This document shows positions 31,736 to 41,196 of a stretch of 57,816 bases of DNA, in pieces. The notes below the pieces were generated by a model, which had not been told where the DNA came from, ran no database searches, and worked only from the letters and a program-made list of their open reading frames with translations. The stretch's first letter is position 1; every line of letters begins with the position of its first letter. The stretch comes from Candidatus Omnitrophota bacterium (GTDB lineage: Bacteria; Omnitrophota; Gorgyraeia; B26-G9), in assembly GCA_016213925.1 (NCBI GenBank), contig JACQZH010000042.1, positions 1-57,816 of the forward strand, given 5' to 3'. A program made the translations under genes and the position numbers.

Positions 31736-31737
31736 AT

Positions 31738-31746
31738 AAATGGGGT
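31738..31746. repeat. attL core
   Basis: AAATGGGGT, followed in the recombinase frame by RWLSRVRLALISNPAPYNPLFYQS*. Confidence 0.75.
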
Positions 31747-31835
31747 CGCTGGCTCAGCCGAGTTAGACTGGCTTTAATATCAAATCCAGCGCCTTATAAT
31801 CCGCTATTTTACCAAAGTTAATAGAGAAAATACAC

Positions 31836-31941
31836 TCATATTTCAATCAGCTGGCCGTCTTCTACGGCCATTACGCTCTCGCCGAAATATTCTTCAAATC
31901 TCTCCGGACGCTCTGTATGGATCGAACCGCCGCACTTTGAC
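31836..31941 (-). pseudogene. C-terminal remnant of an MBL-fold/RNase J-like gene
   Basis: Reads IHTERPERFEEYFGESVMAVEDGQLIEI*; adding one base restores VPIHTE, which is typical of beta-CASP C-termini. Confidence 0.45.
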
Positions 31942-33267
31942 CTAAGCCGGTATGCAAATTTTTAATTCGGAATCGAATATTTTAAGCGTTTTGCCATTTG
32001 CGCCATTAAAACAATTACACTCTTCCAGAATATGTTGCAGATTATTTTTCTGTTCTTCCTTTTTTAACAAAATATTTAATGCGCGGGGCGTATCATTAAA
32101 GTCGATTTTCAGCTCATCAGGAAAGGTAGTTTTAGGAAAATTCTTATATTTCCATTCATAATTAATACAACATTCTAATTTATCAGTATCTTTTGGTGTA
32201 AATTCAACTAATGGCCTGCTCCACATTGATAGTTCATCGGCAAATATAAGAAGAGTCGCGATTGGTGTTTTTAATTGGCAATTGTGATCAAAAAAATGCC
32301 TATGGTCTTCCGATACATGACCGAGATGAAGATATTTTTTTCGTTTAGTTAAATCATGCAATAAACAAGCCTCGGCGGCTATTTGAAATGCAATATACAA
32401 CTCTGTGTTGATTATCTGAGATTGATAAAGATCTTCCGCAATATCCAACACCATTAATGATGAAGCCACGGAATGATTTAATGGAAGGCAATCGTGAATA
32501 AAACCACAGGGGATATTTTCCCGCCTCATCTTTTTCAATCTTTCATCTGATTCTTTATCAAGGTCTTGTTTAGTACGCTGATACCACTCATGATGTTCAA
32601 TTATGAACCGTGCCAACAAACTTTTATTTATTACCTTGCTTCGTATTTTTGTAATATCCATAGAGTCGCAACCAACCAGATTCAATTTAAAAAGTCTTTC
32701 CTCATAGGTACGTAAAAATTTATAGCCGTAACCAAAATCATGAAAAATAGCTGCTAGGAAAACAGCGGCCGACATAATAGTTTGTTTTTTATCTTCATGA
32801 AAATATATTTTCTCCTCTTTGCACCATTGCTTAAAATGAGCGCAATCAAATTGCCACTTCACCATAGCATCATTCCAAAATTTATGGAATAATTCATCAC
32901 AAACAAAAGTTACTTTAAGCATATGCACGAAATGATCCCTATAGTCTGAATCTTCGGGTTCCACATAATTTAACCACTCGATATACGCAAGTTCTTCAAT
33001 GTGTTGTGCCAAAGGAGGAAATACCTTACTAAAAACTACCGAATACGCTAAGGCGCAGTATTCCATCTCATGAAAATAATTAGACGGAACTGATTCTTTC
33101 AACTTTTCGAATATAAAACACTTATTTTCTGACTTATTCCTAAATTCTCTACCCGTAACATAACGCTCAACGTCTATCATGTCATCGAAATAAGTCACAT
33201 TATCTTTAATAAGCCCAGATATCCACTTCCAAAATTCTTCATTGGAAAAAGTGGTTTGCTTAGTCAT
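31942..33267 (-). CDS. HD-domain phosphohydrolase (gene 3 of the candidate defence cassette)
   Basis: YRDHFVH, AAIFHDFGY, NHSVAS, LLHD, LLIFADEL, giving the H...HD...H...H...D pattern. Confidence 0.8.
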   Translation of the reverse strand: MTKQTTFSNEEFWKWISGLIKDNVTYFDDMIDVERYVTGREFRNKSENKCFIFEKLKESVPSNYFHEMEYCALAYSVVFSKVFPPLAQHIEELAYIEWLNYVEPEDSDYRDHFVHMLKVTFVCDELFHKFWNDAMVKWQFDCAHFKQWCKEEKIYFHEDKKQTIMSAAVFLAAIFHDFGYGYKFLRTYEERLFKLNLVGCDSMDITKIRSKVINKSLLARFIIEHHEWYQRTKQDLDKESDERLKKMRRENIPCGFIHDCLPLNHSVASSLMVLDIAEDLYQSQIINTELYIAFQIAAEACLLHDLTKRKKYLHLGHVSEDHRHFFDHNCQLKTPIATLLIFADELSMWSRPLVEFTPKDTDKLECCINYEWKYKNFPKTTFPDELKIDFNDTPRALNILLKKEEQKNNLQHILEECNCFNGANGKTLKIFDSELKICIPA

Positions 33268-33295
33268 TTGTAAATCCCATTTTTATCATCTTCAT

Positions 33296-34225
33296 CTATA
33301 TTTTTTCTATCTCTAAGCACCATTTTTGAAAAGGAGTAGGGTGCTCACGGCTCTCTGGACTATTGATCAAGTGATTGACAGTTTCTAGTATTTGCTCTAT
33401 ATCAAATTCCTCAGCCAGAGATGCTGTATCTTTAAGTTTATCAAGAATTTTTTCGTCTACTTTGCGCTTTTCTTGTAAGGACTTTAAATCACTCAATATC
33501 TCTGTTAATTTGAATGCTGGATTGCGTGATCCAGCGGCCGAGAATTTATTAAACAGAATGCTGTTCGCCTTTAACCACTCTTCACGCACCTCTTTATTTA
33601 TGGCTACATATATTTGCGATAATGTTGAAAATAAAGCACGGTAGTCAGGTCTATCCGGGGAAGTAACAAAAATTGAGTGCTTCTTGAATTTATATTTTTC
33701 TATTTCATTGAATTTTATCTCTCGCATGGCCTGGGACATACCGTAAAGACCCGGAGGAGTATCGATAATGAGTGTCTCAAAATTATTCTGCGCAAGAAGC
33801 TCTAAAATATCTCGCATCCTACTTCGAAAGAAATGTAGCCTCTCCTCTTGAGAGATTAAGGCAACAATGATTTTAAGATCCTCAAATATAGAACTAGAAG
33901 GCATAAAGAAAATTTTCTTGTGCTTAGCAATAGGTATGCAAAAATCGCTTCCAACTCGCTCGGGTTCCTTTTTATATTGCCTAAACACTAACGGATCGGA
34001 TAAAAGCAATTCATTCAAATAGCGGACGTTATTTTTTTCTTTGCTAAAAATATCAACAAGGCTTGTTCCTGTTATATCGCCATCAATAATAAGTGTCTTT
34101 TTGTCTTCTTTAAGTGCTACCCATCCGGCTTTAGCCAATGCAACAGATGTCTTACCTACACCGCCTTTTTGGGAATGTATCGTGTAAATTTTAACTTCTG
34201 TTTTTTGTTTTTGAGGTTCCATCAT
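33296..34225 (-). CDS. ParA/MinD-family ATPase (gene 2)
   Basis: Deviant Walker A SQKGGVGKT, LIIDGD, IIDTPPG, NK. Confidence 0.9.
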   Translation of the reverse strand: MMEPQKQKTEVKIYTIHSQKGGVGKTSVALAKAGWVALKEDKKTLIIDGDITGTSLVDIFSKEKNNVRYLNELLLSDPLVFRQYKKEPERVGSDFCIPIAKHKKIFFMPSSSIFEDLKIIVALISQEERLHFFRSRMRDILELLAQNNFETLIIDTPPGLYGMSQAMREIKFNEIEKYKFKKHSIFVTSPDRPDYRALFSTLSQIYVAINKEVREEWLKANSILFNKFSAAGSRNPAFKLTEILSDLKSLQEKRKVDEKILDKLKDTASLAEEFDIEQILETVNHLINSPESREHPTPFQKWCLEIEKI

Positions 34226-34237
34226 TTTGTTCTTTGT

Positions 34238-37200
34238 TTAAGATAAATCATTTAAAATACGGCGAAAATTTTCTCGGCTGCTTAATGGAACATATGATAA
34301 AAATGACTCTAAAACTGGAGCCATCCTTTTTAATATATCCCGCACTTTTCTATTATCTGCCTTATTAGCATTTAATACGGGTGTTAAGACGGCGTAATCT
34401 CCGCCAATCAGAACAAATATCAGTAAGTAGCTAATGATTAATTCATTTATTTCATCATTGCAAAGCAGATAATCAATATTCTTGAATTGTTCGCAAAAAA
34501 CAGGTGTCCACGTAAGATTCCTTTTTATTTGCAAAAACAATAATATTTCCGAGAATGCCCCACAATTCGACGATGCCAAAGGAAGTTCAAATCCGCAAGT
34601 TTGCCTTAAAATCGTATTATCCTTTTTAAATGCGTCCAATTCATTAGGATATTCCTTCTCTTCGTGAGACAATAAAAATACTTTTAATGAAGAAATTACC
34701 ATGGTAACGATTGGTTGCTGGCTACCCTTGATATACTCAGAAAGCTTTGGCAGTTCTGTTGTTAGGAAATCTTTAGCTGAAGTAAATTTCGCAAGATCGC
34801 ATACCTTTTCAGCATCTGCAAGCCCTTTATTAACTTTTTCTCCTAAAAAACCAATTGCTTCCCCATAATATTTTTTAAAGAAACCTGGAACAGATTTGGA
34901 CAATGGTATATTCCAATGCAATCCTAAAATCTTGGAACCTTCCGGAATTTGACTGTTTCCAGTCCATATATCTTTTGCCAGCTTATTCATGATCGTATTG
35001 CTAATATGCGGGTTGAGCGCATCTATGGGAAACCTAAGACCTTTCAACGCATTATTGGATTCAATATCTCCGTCCTCTGCTATAGCAAATAATGCACAAA
35101 CAGCATAGCTCAATAAGTCCGCCTTATTGACTGTGAGATACCTCGACGCAGCAAAACTCGGCTTTGCATTGATAAAGTGATGCCTAAATTGCATCAACGA
35201 AAAGACGTTTTGTTCATTTTTTAGAATACTACTTATGTATGCGGCTTTGTTTTCCGTTGTTAATTTTTCACCTGATTTCGTAATACTAATAACAGTTTCT
35301 CGAGCCATCCACCAAGCAAGTGCAACTTTTCTCTCATCATCATAATCGATATGCATGTTAAGATCGAGATACCGCAAGTAGTAAATTGCCAATTCCCTAC
35401 GTAACGACCATATCAATTGCATAAGCGCCATTTCTGGTATATGCAAATTATTTTGTGGCTTATTAGCAAATAATAATCTTTCAAAAATTGCATCTAGAAA
35501 GTCATAAAATTCCTTGTTAGTAAAATCACTTTTAGCATCATCTTTTGCATCAGCGCGGGCATTAAGAACTATTTCCAGTATCAAAAGCCACGCTAAATGA
35601 TCTTCTTTTTTAAAATTCTCTATCCACTTTTTTGTAAGTTCCAAAATTTCACGGGAAGATATACCATTTATCGTATCTTTTAATATCGCGTAAATACCTT
35701 TTTGAGAAAAATAAGGCACAAAATATACATTATCCAAATACCAATTTAAAATACTTTCAAGGTCATCATTCCCCTGGATTTTCTTCTCTATTCTTTGCCC
35801 AATAGCGTCTTTATCAAATGGATCGTCAAGCAATAGTGGTAAACTACTAATAATCGATTCAGTACCGGGCTCAAGCGCACTTTTTAACGCCATACCTATA
35901 AATGCTCGGCGATCTTTACTGGAAATACGTTGATCGCTCAATTGCTTTAGCATATACTGCGCATAGAGAAAGTCTTTAAGTAAAGAATCTGAAATTTCAC
36001 GGGCAGCAAGTGGCCAAACGAATGGTTTTTCAGAAACAATGTTATCGTACCGATCTTTAATTATTTTCTTGGTGTATCCAGAAATAAATGTGGCATCTAA
36101 TAATTCATTTGCGACGGTTTTTCGTATTTCTATCGAATCTGCTCCTATTAAATCATGAAGAACAAGCAGCTCCCCGCCTTTTTTTTCAGAAGGAGGAATA
36201 AAAATAAGTGGGCCTGCCTTGAAGTCTTCAACAGTAGCCACAGCTCTTTCGGGTGGCATCTCAGACAAAGCGCCTACTATATCCTTAATTGCCTCCTCAG
36301 ACAATGTAGGTCGCGGCGATGAATCATCTTCTTTTTTACGAGAAATACCCACATCAAATTCCTGCAAATAGGGAATTAATCTTTCGTCAATTTGAGCCCC
36401 TTGCAAATCTCCATAAAATGCCCTTAGCATCTGTAATGTAATAATCTTGCCTAAATCTTTACTAAAATTATCCTTGATTCCTTTCTTCAAGAAAAATATT
36501 AATGTGTCGATCCTTTTTTCGTATGAAAAACCTAGACTGTCGAAAGCTTGATCAAGTAACTTTTTAAATCCCACAGGGCTTTTTTGGCCAATAATTCCGA
36601 TAAACAGATGTTGTATAATTGAGTTTTCCGTCATTGCCGTGATATTACTTCGAATATCTTGCTGCAAACCTTGTGGCCCTTGTGGGAAAGCACGTAGAAA
36701 AACTTGCCTTGTTATCTCATCTCGCTTCTCTTCACTAAATGCGGGATCTGTCCAGATATTTATGAGAGCGTCTATCCAGACATTCACCCACTGCATGTAG
36801 AATTTCACCCCACAAAGCGTTGGTGGAATTGTTGGCTCTCTACCAAGGAAAAGCCCATTATCTTTCATGCATTCATTACTATATTTAATGAGGGCTTCCA
36901 GCGGTTTCCCTAAAGGATTATTCTTATATTCTAAAGCAAAGAAAATGATTATTTCAGAAGTAGGTATTAAAAAACGGTAGCGCCACTCACATAATTTTAA
37001 GAAAGCTTGCGAATACTCTTCAAGTGAAATGATTTTATCTTCAAATAGGCTCTGTAGTAATGTATCAGACCCAAATTGCTTATTTATTGGGTGTTTTACT
37101 ATTTGCATCTGAATAAACCGGTCATCAACTAAAAGTGGCAGTTCTTTTCTTTCAGCCAACTGAAATGTTTCAACCGTAAGGATATCGTAAATATGAAGAC

Positions 37201-40200
37201 TCTTCATTTTTTGAGTTTCTTCTTTGATAAAAACGTGTTCCGGAATAAATAACCTATTGTTTCCTTTTTTAGTATCTTTGAGTAGCGCCAATAACTCCTT
37301 CTGCCATTGCGCAACTCTGTCAAAAAAAACAACCTCACGGATTTTCCTTTGGATATTTTGCCACACAGTCTTTTCTACAACAATTTTTAATCCAGCGTCA
37401 TTTATTAAATCAATTAAGTCGTATCGTTCGGCTAATTCTAGCGTAATCTCATCAAAAACTAATCGCACAGCCTTATCAAAGATATCATTTAGTCCAGTAG
37501 TTGTTATATCTTCTTTGTCCTGAATGATTTTCTTTAGTTCTAAATAACGTGCTTCGCGTATCCTACCTTTTTCATATAATCGCGAAAGAATCTGATGAAA
37601 ACGTATAACAATTACTGATGAATTTTCTGGAATCTCTTCCTTCTCAAGATACGCAGAAACTAAAGGAAGATTTTCTGCTTCTGCCAAACGAATGGCTAAT
37701 TTAACTTCGGTATCTTTATGTGAATCTGGAAGACTGATATGTTTTATCAAATCGCTATCGAATTTCTTTTCCAAGTTTTTAAATATTTTTTCTTGAGATG
37801 CCTGGATTGGCTTATACTTTTGCTTATCTTCTTCCAAAGCCAGATGCAGAATATCAGGATAATATATTGCATCAAATTTACTTATCAATTTAGGTATTAA
37901 TCCCAATTGGTGTAGCGTGATTAAAGCAGTGTAATCTATTACAATATTTTTTATATTCGAAGGGATACAGATAGGGACTAGTTTATTTTTTTCTACCCGA
38001 AATCCATTGGTCGAATATGTCGTAAATTCTGGTCTCGTTGATTCTTCGGGTAAAAACGCCAATGGCTGCGTCCGATACGCCCAATCCAGATATAGTGGGA
38101 TATTAAAAAAACTGCTGAAAAAATAACGCAAGGCCTTTCCTTGGCTATACTGTTCGCATAACTTTTTTCTAGACTCATAGCGACGATGAACCATATCCTT
38201 GATTTCATCCAGAGAAACAGCCCTAAATACCTGATCCTGAATTTTTCCTGCCTGTTTTAATTGTTCGAGTCTCATTAATGCCTTGTGAGCTTTTTCTTCT
38301 TCTCCGATCCGGAACCCCAAATCAACATATTCCAATAGTAAAGCTGGTTCATCCTGAAAACGCTCGAAACAATTATCAAGTGTTTCAAAAGCGCTTTTTT
38401 CTTTATCGCTAGCCCGCAAAATATGTGCCGCTAATCGTAGGCATTTCAGATTTACTTCTTTGCCACATTTGATAAATGCTTTTATTATTTCGATGGCTTC
38501 ATTATATTTTTCTTGTACTGATAGTACTTCTGCATAGCCATAAGCAAGCTCTGGATCTTGAGGATTATTTTTTACCAGACTATTCCATGCCTGCTCTGAT
38601 TTCGCATAATACCCCAAGTTCCTGGCTGAAATAGCTTTGTAATACATTGTTGTATTATCACTTATCCCCAATATTTCTAATTTTTCGGCGGTTTCAAAGG
38701 CTCCTTTGTCATTCTCCAATTTCATTTGAACCTTGAGCAGCTCTCGTAAAATAAATTGATCTGGATATATTCTTTGGCTCTCCCCAAGAAGCTGCTCCGC
38801 AATTTGATATTCACCTTTTTTTATAGCTTCTACCGCGTGCCGGTATTTACACAATATCTGCAAATGAGGCGGCGGATTTTGGGCTTCAATCTCAGAAATA
38901 AGCTTGAGCGCATCATCGGAATTGCCCTTCGACTCCTGATAACCTGCTTCCAAATATTTCCGCCACAAGCTGTCCGGAGAAAGATATTCATAAATTATTC
39001 TCTGCGATTCTTCTTGTTTTTTAATCTGATTACCAATGTCAAAAATAATTCCTGCGGCACGTTCTTTTTCTGTATCATCTGACGTAAGTTCTAATACTTT
39101 CTTGGCATTTTCCCAGGCATTTTTAGCATCATTCAACCTCTGACTCTGCAAAAAAGCCATTATCAACAATGCCCAGGATTGTTCGGGGTAATCGCCGGAA
39201 AGAGCGATAACTATACTTTTAACAATATCTTCATCGATTAAACTTCCTCTAGACGCTACATATTCAGCAACTTCGTGAGCAATAGGGCGAACTGAAATTA
39301 TATATTTTGCCGCCTTATCGGCACTCTTATAATCTCCGAGAAAATTCAAGGCTTGCATTTTTGTTACTAATGCGCGATAAGCAAAATAATAATCTTTTAA
39401 ACTATTTTTTATTGCAACCCCATATTCTTGGGAAAATATTTTTTCTGCACTTTCCACGGATTTTTCGCAAAGAATCTTTCCTTCGCTATCTATATCCTGA
39501 GCATAAACAACTCTATCAGTCTTGCCTGTGGATTTAAGTGCTCGTCTAAAATAGGCGTCTGACATAAACGCACAAACCTTATCGTAAAAATGCTCATTTT
39601 TATACAAAGAGGTTGCGATAGAATCATTTTTCTTTTTTTCCTCAAAATCTAATAAAAAATCGTTATACTTCTTCTCTGCTTCACTAATATTGCCTGTCAT
39701 TACCAAAATATATAATGCCTCTGCCAACCATGGGGTTTTTATTTCATTCTTCAAGATAAAATCAGATCCCATTTCAAACTTTTCAGTGTCAATCAGCAAA
39801 GTTAACCAAAAAGAAATGGTTTTATCATCCTTTGAATGAGAAACAAGATCAATTGATGCGTCCGCCTTTCCTTCAAATAACAAAAGTTTTGCTGTTACTC
39901 GAGCTAATCTTTCTTTCCACTTTGATTGGTTTGTAATATTTTGATAGACAGTATTGGCCTTATCATAATATTTCCGCGCCTCACTTATATATCCTTTGCG
40001 TTCTAAATTTAAGAAAACATCAGTCAATGTAATAAAGCCTTCCAATTTTGATTCTTCATTGAGTGCGTCATTTTTATCGCTTAAATAGCGCGATAATTCC
40101 TCGGCATGTTTCTTCATAACTTCTTGGGTAGGCATACATCCATCGCCCCACACCTTATTGCAAATTTCCTTTACTTTCGCATCGCAGACATCTGCAAGAT

Positions 40201-41152
40201 CTTTTTCTAATCGCTCCACCTGAATAGTTTTAAAAGTAATTTGGGTAATAAAATCTGTTGGCGTTTCTTGCAATTTTTTCTGAAGAACTAACCTGTTTAG
40301 ATCATTGAGAGTTTCGACAATCTCATTATGATTTTCGATAATAATAACGTGGAATCCCTTGCTTTTAAATTCTTCAAATAAAATTTCAAAGTCAGCGATC
40401 TCGACAAGATAATCGTCATAAGGTATTTCTTCCCTTTGTTCAGGAAATTTTAAAAATATACAGGGGGCCCTCCGAAATTCTCCAAATCTTTTCAATACAT
40501 ACTCATCGGCGTCCCTCAATCGTTGATCTGTAAAACTTGTTCCGACAAAAAGCAATGTGTTTTGCACTGCTTTTGACTTTAGCCATTCATTAAAAGAAGA
40601 ATGTTCTAACTTATATTTGAGATAATCGTTCGAGGTGATAATAATTGAGGATGGAGAGTTAATATCGCCGTGTAACTTTACAACTGTCTTTTTCACAGGA
40701 ACAATAGAGGGAATATCCCAATCCTGAATAATAATGGCTGGTGCAATTCCTTCTTTACGAAAAGCATCTTCGAGCACACTATCATAGTTCGTTGTAATAA
40801 ATAAATTTGTATCCAGACTTATTAATGTCTTGTGAAGGGTTTCAGGAGAATGTGGATGTGTTTTTATCCTTTCTGCAATTTCTTCTCGAAAGGGCAACGC
40901 TCCGATTTCTTTTTCAATCTTTGTTGCAATTCTCAATAAGTCTTTTTCCTTGGTTTTTATTTTAAACTTAAGTTGGATATCAGATATTAATTTAGTCCAT
41001 AGTGGCAGTCCTATTGCAACTGAGCAGCCTGCACCAATAAAAATAGCCAACCGTTTTTTCAATAGCTCATCAGCTAAATATACAACAGCCTTTTCATTTG
41101 CTTCTTTGCTCTTTTGAAGAAATTGTATTTTTTTGTCTATGGTTTTTTTCAT
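34238..41152 (-). CDS. 2304-aa SIR2 - TPR - tandem PIN-like protein (gene 1)
   Basis: SIR2 motifs IFIGAGCS, ITTNYD, KLHG, FVGTSFTD; TPR-like helical repeats; PIN-like IVIDYTAL (~aa 1070), LVFDEITL (~1230), LPLLVDDRF (~1340); ~900-aa unassigned helical C-terminus. Confidence 0.8.
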   Translation of the reverse strand: MKKTIDKKIQFLQKSKEANEKAVVYLADELLKKRLAIFIGAGCSVAIGLPLWTKLISDIQLKFKIKTKEKDLLRIATKIEKEIGALPFREEIAERIKTHPHSPETLHKTLISLDTNLFITTNYDSVLEDAFRKEGIAPAIIIQDWDIPSIVPVKKTVVKLHGDINSPSSIIITSNDYLKYKLEHSSFNEWLKSKAVQNTLLFVGTSFTDQRLRDADEYVLKRFGEFRRAPCIFLKFPEQREEIPYDDYLVEIADFEILFEEFKSKGFHVIIIENHNEIVETLNDLNRLVLQKKLQETPTDFITQITFKTIQVERLEKDLADVCDAKVKEICNKVWGDGCMPTQEVMKKHAEELSRYLSDKNDALNEESKLEGFITLTDVFLNLERKGYISEARKYYDKANTVYQNITNQSKWKERLARVTAKLLLFEGKADASIDLVSHSKDDKTISFWLTLLIDTEKFEMGSDFILKNEIKTPWLAEALYILVMTGNISEAEKKYNDFLLDFEEKKKNDSIATSLYKNEHFYDKVCAFMSDAYFRRALKSTGKTDRVVYAQDIDSEGKILCEKSVESAEKIFSQEYGVAIKNSLKDYYFAYRALVTKMQALNFLGDYKSADKAAKYIISVRPIAHEVAEYVASRGSLIDEDIVKSIVIALSGDYPEQSWALLIMAFLQSQRLNDAKNAWENAKKVLELTSDDTEKERAAGIIFDIGNQIKKQEESQRIIYEYLSPDSLWRKYLEAGYQESKGNSDDALKLISEIEAQNPPPHLQILCKYRHAVEAIKKGEYQIAEQLLGESQRIYPDQFILRELLKVQMKLENDKGAFETAEKLEILGISDNTTMYYKAISARNLGYYAKSEQAWNSLVKNNPQDPELAYGYAEVLSVQEKYNEAIEIIKAFIKCGKEVNLKCLRLAAHILRASDKEKSAFETLDNCFERFQDEPALLLEYVDLGFRIGEEEKAHKALMRLEQLKQAGKIQDQVFRAVSLDEIKDMVHRRYESRKKLCEQYSQGKALRYFFSSFFNIPLYLDWAYRTQPLAFLPEESTRPEFTTYSTNGFRVEKNKLVPICIPSNIKNIVIDYTALITLHQLGLIPKLISKFDAIYYPDILHLALEEDKQKYKPIQASQEKIFKNLEKKFDSDLIKHISLPDSHKDTEVKLAIRLAEAENLPLVSAYLEKEEIPENSSVIVIRFHQILSRLYEKGRIREARYLELKKIIQDKEDITTTGLNDIFDKAVRLVFDEITLELAERYDLIDLINDAGLKIVVEKTVWQNIQRKIREVVFFDRVAQWQKELLALLKDTKKGNNRLFIPEHVFIKEETQKMKSLHIYDILTVETFQLAERKELPLLVDDRFIQMQIVKHPINKQFGSDTLLQSLFEDKIISLEEYSQAFLKLCEWRYRFLIPTSEIIIFFALEYKNNPLGKPLEALIKYSNECMKDNGLFLGREPTIPPTLCGVKFYMQWVNVWIDALINIWTDPAFSEEKRDEITRQVFLRAFPQGPQGLQQDIRSNITAMTENSIIQHLFIGIIGQKSPVGFKKLLDQAFDSLGFSYEKRIDTLIFFLKKGIKDNFSKDLGKIITLQMLRAFYGDLQGAQIDERLIPYLQEFDVGISRKKEDDSSPRPTLSEEAIKDIVGALSEMPPERAVATVEDFKAGPLIFIPPSEKKGGELLVLHDLIGADSIEIRKTVANELLDATFISGYTKKIIKDRYDNIVSEKPFVWPLAAREISDSLLKDFLYAQYMLKQLSDQRISSKDRRAFIGMALKSALEPGTESIISSLPLLLDDPFDKDAIGQRIEKKIQGNDDLESILNWYLDNVYFVPYFSQKGIYAILKDTINGISSREILELTKKWIENFKKEDHLAWLLILEIVLNARADAKDDAKSDFTNKEFYDFLDAIFERLLFANKPQNNLHIPEMALMQLIWSLRRELAIYYLRYLDLNMHIDYDDERKVALAWWMARETVISITKSGEKLTTENKAAYISSILKNEQNVFSLMQFRHHFINAKPSFAASRYLTVNKADLLSYAVCALFAIAEDGDIESNNALKGLRFPIDALNPHISNTIMNKLAKDIWTGNSQIPEGSKILGLHWNIPLSKSVPGFFKKYYGEAIGFLGEKVNKGLADAEKVCDLAKFTSAKDFLTTELPKLSEYIKGSQQPIVTMVISSLKVFLLSHEEKEYPNELDAFKKDNTILRQTCGFELPLASSNCGAFSEILLFLQIKRNLTWTPVFCEQFKNIDYLLCNDEINELIISYLLIFVLIGGDYAVLTPVLNANKADNRKVRDILKRMAPVLESFLSYVPLSSRENFRRILNDLS

Positions 41153-41196
41153 GTTATACCCGATTGCCTTTTATATCGTCAATCACCAGAGTTCGG

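Noticed and set aside
34238-41152. Calling the large protein Avs/AVAST, DSR, ThsA or SIR2-HerA
   Set aside because: No STAND Walker A seen, no Macro/SLOG domain, no TIR or HerA partner, and the PIN-like modules and neighbours do not fit those systems.
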